DNA of 11,013 nucleotides from a virus (Duplodnaviria; Heunggongvirae; Uroviricota; Caudoviricetes): IMG/VR virus record IMGVR_UViG_2778261708_000011; one strand, 5' to 3'. Shown piece by piece: positions 6,215 to 11,013 of this stretch (position 1 is its first letter; each line of letters starts with the position of its first letter). The notes under the pieces were generated by a model. It saw only the letters and a program-made list of their open reading frames with translations, ran no database searches and was not told where the DNA came from. The position numbers and the translations under genes were made by a program.

Positions 6215-6880
6215 TCAAACAAAACCAGCCGCTTTCCGGCGTTCATATTCCTGTTTCAGCAACTCAATTGGCGTTGGCCCCGACGGGCGTTTGGGGGCCG
6301 CCAGTTGTCGCCGGACTGGCGGAACGCTCAGGCCGTTACTAACATGCTTTGCCCATTTCGTCAGTTGCCGTTCTGCAAGCCGTTTTAATTCCCCTTCGGT
6401 CATCTGGCGCTCAATCCCCTTTGAACGCATCTCGAGGCAAATGTGATACAGCACAGGCTGAGACCACGGGTACTTATCACTTCCGTCGTATCGCCAGGAC
6501 TCATTGCGCCAGCGGCGGTACTCCTCCATCACAGCATCCACCGTCAGACCGAATGGATTGGCTCCGCTTTTCGAAATCAGTGCCACAAACTCAGCCAGGT
6601 CCGGAGGCCATGTTTCACCCGCCCGGCAGCGGTCCATGCACTGGCGGCAGACCTGCCGGATTTGCTGCTCAGTCATCGCGCCAATCTGTGCAATCCAGAG
6701 CTTCGAAGGTGCGGCCCCGTTCTTCTGGATCCAGCGGTTCGAATAAACCACCCCCATGAGTTCCCACAGCTTCCAGGCCGTTTCCGTCGCTGATAAATCC
6801 GTTTTCACGTTCCCACTGCTCACGTGCTGCCCGAATTTCCTGAACTGCCCGTGATGCGGTGCCACCTGGTGCTGCTGCAT
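6215..6880 (-). CDS. Replication protein P-like (helicase loader)
   Basis: 221 aa; the central and C-terminal parts align with lambda P as I remember it (MTEQQIRQVCRQC..PPDLAEFVAL..DKYPWSQP..LTEGELKRLAERQL). ATG at 6880 has GGGG 6 nt upstream, but the first 212 nt overlap the O-like ORF in another frame, so the true start is uncertain. Confidence 0.65.
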   Translation of the reverse strand: MQQHQVAPHHGQFRKFGQHVSSGNVKTDLSATETAWKLWELMGVVYSNRWIQKNGAAPSKLWIAQIGAMTEQQIRQVCRQCMDRCRAGETWPPDLAEFVALISKSGANPFGLTVDAVMEEYRRWRNESWRYDGSDKYPWSQPVLYHICLEMRSKGIERQMTEGELKRLAERQLTKWAKHVSNGLSVPPVRRQLAAPKRPSGPTPIELLKQEYERRKAAGFV

Positions 6881-7709
6881 GGTTTACCCCTTTGCTGACT
6901 GGTTTAACCTGCGCCCTGACGTGATTTACGTGACGGGCGAATTTCTGCTCCCACTGAATCTGCGTAAACACTTTCCCCTCCGCTGCCCAGTAGTCCCGGA
7001 AGGCGGCAAGTTCAGCAGGTGTAAATTCTGTCTCCGGCAAAGCCATCCCCCACAACGCAGCCCGTCGTCGAAAATCCCGTGACGGATACCAGCTATCGCT
7101 CATCGGGAATTTTCCGATGGGTTCGCTCAGGCCATACAGGAATACAGGGGGGGCTGCCTGTAACGACAAAACTTCCTGCTCACTGGTCGGAGCACTCTCG
7201 CGTGCGTTATGTGTGGGGTTTAGATCTTTGGGTTCCTTTGGGTTCCGTGATCCGTTTTTGGGTGTCTTTGATGGAAAATTTGGGTGTCTTTGGTTATTTT
7301 CCATGCAGCTAAGAGTTCTGTTTTTGGGTCTGTTTTGTGCTGAAACATAACCATTTTCGGTACTGTTTTTATTAACAGCACCAATTTTACCCACCTTTAA
7401 AGACTCCCGTTTTTGGGTGTATTCAGGCTCGGCAACACTTTCTTCTACACCGATAAGTCGGTACACCACAATTTGCTTTGTTCTGCCTTTTCTCTCACCG
7501 GTATCAACAATTAACCCAATCTCCATCAGGTGTCGTAAGCTGTCCTGCACAGTCTTTTTGTTCAGTTCCGTTACTTCTGCCAGTGCAGATACAGACGGGT
7601 ATGCACACAAATCGGCACCGCACATATCAGCAAGCCAGGTCAATACTGACTTACTGGATGAACTGCCGGTTTTCACCTTTTTAGCCCATCGTAGTGCATC
7701 GATACTCAT
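6669..7709 (-). CDS. Replication initiator, O-like (N-terminal HTH domain plus DnaT-like C-terminal domain)
   Basis: N-terminus MSIDALRWAKKVKTGSSSSKSVLTWLADMCGADLCAYPSVSALAEVTELNKKTVQDSLRHLMEIGLIV (winged-helix replication protein pattern); C-terminal region ...TPAELAAFRDYWAAEGKVFTQIQWEQKFARHV. ATG at 7709 with GGGGGG SD; the track start at 7784 is a TTG with no SD. Confidence 0.7.
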   Translation of the reverse strand: MSIDALRWAKKVKTGSSSSKSVLTWLADMCGADLCAYPSVSALAEVTELNKKTVQDSLRHLMEIGLIVDTGERKGRTKQIVVYRLIGVEESVAEPEYTQKRESLKVGKIGAVNKNSTENGYVSAQNRPKNRTLSCMENNQRHPNFPSKTPKNGSRNPKEPKDLNPTHNARESAPTSEQEVLSLQAAPPVFLYGLSEPIGKFPMSDSWYPSRDFRRRAALWGMALPETEFTPAELAAFRDYWAAEGKVFTQIQWEQKFARHVNHVRAQVKPVSKGVNHAAAPGGTASRAVQEIRAAREQWERENGFISDGNGLEAVGTHGGGLFEPLDPEERGRTFEALDCTDWRDD

Positions 7710-8232
7710 ACGCCCCCCTGGCAGACATTTGTTTATCTGCAAAGTAATATTGGTATTGCTGACGATACGCGTGCTTGAAAGCAATAGCTTTTTCTATAAG
7801 CTCGTCAGTCTCACGTTCCACAACAACTGGATCCGCAAAAAGCAGCCCGGACTCCACCACATCGCCATATTCTTTGTTTAACCCGGCGATCATGTACGTA
7901 ATGCTTTTTCCGTCAGTAATTTCACAATACAATCTGAAATCGCTGATCCGGATAGCCTCCATAATTGCCGGAATCAGCGCCGTGAATTTGTCACGCTTAT
8001 CTCTGGTGTCGATAGCTTTCCAGCGTTCGAATATCTTCACCCGGTTAACGCCCAGCGCCCGTTGATCAACCTCGCCATCATTAAACGTGACGCGTTGAAC
8101 ATCGATGTTCGGGCGTTCTTTCAGAGCCCAGAATGCTTCCGTGATTAATATCGTCGCCTGCTCCTGTGTCATTCCTGGTCGGCATACCCAGGTATCCAGA
8201 GCCTCACAAACCTGTTCAGTGGTGATTTTCAT
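7681..8232 (-). CDS. YdaT-like protein (reported functional equivalent of CII in CP-933P-type prophages)
   Basis: 183 aa, MKITTEQVCEALDTWVCRPG...KIFERWKAIDTRDKRDKFTALIPAIMEAI, similar to my recollection of Rac/CP-933P YdaT (MKI...W..P.G...KIF.RW...ALLPAIE). Lies between dicC and the O-like gene. Overlaps the dicC stop by 17 nt and the O-like start by 29 nt. Confidence 0.55.
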   Translation of the reverse strand: MKITTEQVCEALDTWVCRPGMTQEQATILITEAFWALKERPNIDVQRVTFNDGEVDQRALGVNRVKIFERWKAIDTRDKRDKFTALIPAIMEAIRISDFRLYCEITDGKSITYMIAGLNKEYGDVVESGLLFADPVVVERETDELIEKAIAFKHAYRQQYQYYFADKQMSARGAYEYRCTTMG

Positions 8233-8443
8233 TGTTCAACCGCCCCGCCCGCTTTGCCTTACGATATTCGTCATAAACTTTGGGGTCGTACTGAAGTTCC
8301 CCGCCGGATGCCTCTTGCAGGCGCATCGCGCGACCTTCAGGAACCAGTTCCCCCCATGCAGCAACGCTTGCCAGCCTAACTCCTGCGACATTGGCAAGCT
8401 TTGTTTTGCTGCCAAAAAACGCTATAGCATCAATTTTCAACAT
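8216..8443 (-). CDS. dicC: DicC (Cro-like regulator)
   Basis: 75 aa MLKIDAIAFFGSKTKLANVAGVRLASVAAWGELVPEGRAMRLQEASGGELQYDPKVYDEYRKAKRAGRLNNENHH; divergent from dicA; AAGGG SD 7 nt upstream. Confidence 0.85.
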   Translation of the reverse strand: MLKIDAIAFFGSKTKLANVAGVRLASVAAWGELVPEGRAMRLQEASGGELQYDPKVYDEYRKAKRAGRLNNENHH

Positions 8444-8519
8444 ATCGAAACCCTTAGATTTTCCTAAGGAAACTAGATCGTAGAGAAACCTAAGTCAAGA
8501 AAAATTAGAATTACCTAAT
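8444..8519. promoter_or_regulatory. dicA/dicC divergent promoter-operator region
   Basis: Palindrome CTTAGATTTTCCTAAG (8453-8468) and a further CCTAAG (8489-8494). Minus-strand promoter: -35 TTGACT (plus 8498-8493), 17-nt spacer, -10 TAGTTT (plus 8475-8470). Plus-strand -10-like TAGAAT at 8506-8511 lies only 8 nt before the dicA ATG and there is no SD, suggesting a leaderless dicA mRNA as for lambda cI from PRM. Confidence 0.6.
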
Positions 8520-8927
8520 ATGAAAAACGAAACCTTCGGTGCTCGCCTCTTATACAGGCGAAAAAAATTAAAACTGTCTCAGGCCGCATTAGGTAAGCTG
8601 GTCAAAGTGGCTCACGTAACAATTTCTCAATGGGAAAGAGATGAAACACAGCCAGCGGGGAAGAGATTATTCGCACTGAGCCAGGCGCTTCAGTGCTCGC
8701 CGACTTGGCTTCTTTTTGGAGATGAAGATAAGCAACCAGGCGAACCGATCCCAGATAATCAGCCAGTCAATCTGACAGAAGATCAAAAAGAGTTGCTTCA
8801 ACTGTTCGACGCACTGCCTGAGTCAGAGCAAAAGGCTCTGTTGTCAGAGATGCGTGCTCGAGTTGAGAATTTCAACAAACTTTTTGAAGAACTACTCAAA
8901 GCTCGCAAAAGAAGCGCAAATAAATAA
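8520..8927 (+). CDS. dicA: DicA (CI-like HTH repressor)
   Basis: 135 aa; N-terminal HTH (LSQAALGKLVKVAHVTISQWER) and the conserved ...LFALSQALQCSPTWLLFGDEDKQP...LFDALPESEQ...EMRARVENFNKLFEELLKAR, matching E. coli DicA as I remember it. Confidence 0.9.
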   Translation: MKNETFGARLLYRRKKLKLSQAALGKLVKVAHVTISQWERDETQPAGKRLFALSQALQCSPTWLLFGDEDKQPGEPIPDNQPVNLTEDQKELLQLFDALPESEQKALLSEMRARVENFNKLFEELLKARKRSANK

Positions 8928-9025
8928 CCCCCCTTTTTTTCGCAACTCTCTGTAATAAAAAGCACAAACTTTCAAATACTTGTGTTTTTTACATCAAGAA
9001 GCTTAGGTTTTTCTACACAAAAAGC

Positions 9026-9055
9026 TTGACCATAACTCTTAGGCTATTCTAAATT
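9026..9055 (+). promoter_or_regulatory. Candidate promoter for the operon downstream of dicA (PL-like position)
   Basis: -35 TTGACC (9026-9031), 18-nt spacer, -10 TAAATT (9050-9055). Flanked by CTTAGG repeats (9002-9007 and 9038-9043), the same motif seen in the dicA/dicC operator region. Confidence 0.35.
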
Positions 9056-9190
9056 CTACTCATCAAGACACCGCACGGTGTTCTCAGCAAACAGTTCCGC
9101 TACCCGGCGTTAAGGGGAAGCAGAGGATTTCTCAGTGGGCGAGTCAAACATCAGAATGGAAGGCGTCCAGGGATCAGCAAAGAAACAGCG

Positions 9191-9490
9191 ATGGCGCTTT
9201 ATATTGATATCAGCGCCATTGCCGGACAGGTAAGAGTTATCAGAGCGGTAACTAAGCGGTATGCGCCTTTACTTCAGAAAGTCTCTGGTGAGTGCACCGA
9301 AGATATTGTCAACGATTTCGTCATCGAACTGCGAGGACTCATCTTCAGTTACAAGGTGACCACAATTTTTGCAGATGGCTCCCGCGAAACTGTCAGAGCC
9401 CTGCGGCTTAAAGGATGTGTCAAAGACTTAGCCACCACATTCTGGGCAAGAAAACTTGATTGTATTCATAACCAATTTCCTCTCGAGTAA
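9191..9490 (+). CDS. Hypothetical protein, 99 aa
   Basis: ORF with varied codon use but only a weak SD. An alternative 33-codon ORF (GTG 9135 to 9233, GAGGA 7 nt upstream) overlaps its start, so the true gene structure here is unresolved. Confidence 0.4.
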   Translation: MALYIDISAIAGQVRVIRAVTKRYAPLLQKVSGECTEDIVNDFVIELRGLIFSYKVTTIFADGSRETVRALRLKGCVKDLATTFWARKLDCIHNQFPLE

Positions 9491-9562
9491 CAGACCCCTC
9501 AGAGGATACCACCTCGCCTGACGTGGTTAAAAAGCAGGCAACGCTAACCACAAGGAGCCGAC

Positions 9563-9781
9563 ATGCAGAAACGAGACCCCGTCATCATCGCGCCAGACTA
9601 TACCGATGATGAACTTTATGAGTGGATGCACCAGAAAATTAAGGCGGTGCAGGACCTGAAATGGGCCAATGAAGCCAGGGCTAAGCAGGCTGAAAATCTG
9701 TCCGCTCTGGAGCAGGATATCACCAATCTGGAAAAAGCAGCGGCATTAAGCATTGCCAGAATGATTACATACCCACGTTAA
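9563..9781 (+). CDS. Hypothetical small protein, 72 aa, likely helical (YdfC-equivalent position)
   Basis: ATG with AGGAG 5 nt upstream; MQKRDPVIIAPDYTDDELYEWMHQKIKAVQDLKWANEARAKQAENLSALEQDITNLEKAAALS... Same length as K-12 YdfC as I recall, but I cannot confirm sequence identity. Confidence 0.55.
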   Translation: MQKRDPVIIAPDYTDDELYEWMHQKIKAVQDLKWANEARAKQAENLSALEQDITNLEKAAALSIARMITYPR

Positions 9782-9803
9782 TAGCTAACCAACGAGGCTA
9801 ATA

Positions 9804-10211
9804 ATGGAATTTAAAGATTTACCAACGCCATTACAGGAAATGGCATCGAATATAGTTCGTTCACAACTGGCTACTCTTGACCTTAGTACCGCAGAAAAAG
9901 AAACCATCGATAATATGGTTCGTAATGTGCGCAATGCTTTTTCTGGGCTATATGGTTCTGATAATCAAAAGCAGGAAAGCGATGTTAATAAACGGGTAAT
10001 TTCTGTTTGCGTGAATGGCCATGTTCTTTCATCAATCAAAACAGAAACGGCGACAGTCTTCGATTGCCTTTGCATTGTACAGAGCCTTGTTGATGCCCTG
10101 TTTCGTTCAGTGAATTTAGAAAATGATGCAAATCTGCGAGGGCGCATAATAGCACATCCATATGCACATACTTTAGGCTCTGTGGATATCAAAGATCCCA
10201 CAAATCTTTAA
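9804..10211 (+). CDS. Hypothetical protein, 135 aa, AT-rich gene
   Basis: ATG with GAGG 6 nt upstream; no recognisable motif. Its 3' end overlaps the convergent gene 10189-10422 by 23 nt. Confidence 0.55.
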   Translation: MEFKDLPTPLQEMASNIVRSQLATLDLSTAEKETIDNMVRNVRNAFSGLYGSDNQKQESDVNKRVISVCVNGHVLSSIKTETATVFDCLCIVQSLVDALFRSVNLENDANLRGRIIAHPYAHTLGSVDIKDPTNL

Positions 10212-10422
10212 TGAAATAGTTAACGCGAATTGTACTTGCTCTTTCGGTTGCTTTCAGAATACGCGTTGAAACTGCTGGCGGTAATTTGGTATTCCATTTA
10301 TTAAAATCATGCCCGGGAAAGTACTCTTCGAAAATACTTTTAACTGCAGACTCGCCTATTGAAATGCTGCTTACCATGCGATTTTGATAAAGGCATTTAG
10401 CAATAAGAGTTGATTTTAACAT
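10189..10422 (-). CDS. Hypothetical protein, 77 aa, convergent to the early operon
   Basis: ATG at 10422 with AGGAGG 4 nt upstream (CAGGAGGGTGAATG on the minus strand); soluble-looking sequence MLKSTLIAKCLYQNRMVSSISIGESAVKSIFEEYFPGHDFNKWN...; AT-rich like its partner. Confidence 0.55.
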   Translation of the reverse strand: MLKSTLIAKCLYQNRMVSSISIGESAVKSIFEEYFPGHDFNKWNTKLPPAVSTRILKATERASTIRVNYFIKDLWDL

Positions 10423-10755
10423 TCACCCTCCTGAGGGTTGGTAATTAAGGAGTTCTCCACGGGTGAAGTGGAGTGCGTGCGCCGGACACGGGTGAACATC
10501 CGGCACTGACAGTTTACTGAAAGGATATTTCTCTGAAAAGTCAGAGCATAACGCGAAAGCGCACGGCGAGGTTGCTGGTTCATAGATAGCCTGTCGTTAA
10601 ATTTTCGTCGACCGTGCGCTTCCGGTTGTGGCACTCCGCGAAATGGCGCAGCGGTAAGTATGGCGGGGTTATTCCTTCCCCGTTGAGGACACCGGGTTGT
10701 CAGGTTGACCATACGCTTAAGTGACAACCCCGCTGCAACGCCCTCTGTTATCAAT

Positions 10756-10811
10756 TTTCTGGTGACGTTTGGCGGCATCTGTTTGCCCATGAACTGATGT
10801 CCGCCCTTTTT
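10756..10811 (+). ncRNA. dicF: DicF-like small RNA with intrinsic terminator
   Basis: TTTCTGGTGACGTTTGGCGG at 10756-10775 matches my recollection of the 5' end of E. coli DicF. It ends in a hairpin GGCGGCATC...GATGTCCGCC plus T5 (10807-10811), immediately upstream of dicB. The central and 3' part differs from the K-12 sequence as I remember it. Confidence 0.6.
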
Positions 10812-10980
10812 AAAGTGAATTTTGTGATGCAGTGAATGCGGCTAAGCGCACGCGGAACAGTTAAAGCTAAAAACAGTGTTATGGGTGGATTCTCTGTATC
10901 CGGCGTTAATTGTTAACTGGTTAACGTCACCTGGAGGCACCAGGCACCGCATCACAAAATTCATTGTTGAGGACGCGATA

Positions 10981-11013
10981 ATGGAAACGTTATTACCAAA
11001 CGTTAATACGTCT
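10981..11013 (+). CDS. dicB: DicB cell-division inhibitor, first 11 codons only (runs off the window)
   Basis: ATG GAA ACG TTA TTA CCA AAC GTT AAT ACG TCT = METLLPNVNTS, matching the DicB N-terminus; GAGGA SD 8 nt upstream; dicF immediately upstream as in Qin. Confidence 0.75.
   Translation, partial: METLLPNVNTS

Noticed and set aside
5914-7881. Plus-strand ORFs within the replication region (5914-6108, 6015-6446, 6349-6759, 6443-6793, 6504-6746, 6879-7082, 7079-7312, 7117-7350, 7417-7881, 7478-7684)
   Set aside because: All are antisense to the O-like, P-like and HTH genes; typical shadow ORFs in GC-rich coding DNA.
8953-8980. Possible dicA terminator (CACAA...TTGTG hairpin plus T6)
   Set aside because: The stem is only 5 bp and AT-rich, too weak to call confidently.
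10416-10790. 124-aa minus-strand ORF between the 77-aa gene and dicF
   Set aside because: Its sequence is Arg/Pro-rich and looks like a translated GC-rich non-coding region; it lies antisense to the dicF 5' end and the structured precursor region.
1-11013. CRISPR arrays, IS elements or integrase/attachment sites
   Set aside because: No regularly spaced direct repeats, no transposase-like ORF with terminal inverted repeats, and no integrase was found in this window.

Overview
This window reads as the early/regulatory half of a lambdoid, Qin/CP-933P-like prophage from an E. coli-type genome, with most genes on the minus strand. All calls rest on reading the sequence and remembered family signatures; no database search was run. 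From high to low coordinates the minus strand carries: dicC (cro-like), a YdaT-like CII analogue, an O-like replication initiator, a P-like helicase loader, an HTH gene interrupted by an in-frame amber codon, a degraded phosphatase-like remnant, an AT-rich gap, a ModA-like periplasmic binding protein moron, a hok/mok toxin locus, a Rem-like ORF, a DUF968 (YdfU-like) gene, rusA, a Q-like antiterminator, a strong terminator, three rare-codon tRNAs with their own promoter, and a TerB-like gene that runs off the window edge. The plus strand carries dicA (CI-like repressor), several small uncharacterised ORFs, a DicF sRNA homologue and the first 11 codons of dicB. The element shows decay (amber codon, frameshifts, deletion remnant). 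The best candidates for something undescribed are an AT-rich convergent two-gene cassette at 9804-10422, sitting downstream of the repressor (the position rexAB holds in lambda), and the orphan binding-protein moron at 3829-4587; I could not assign a function to either. No CRISPR array, IS element or stx gene was seen.
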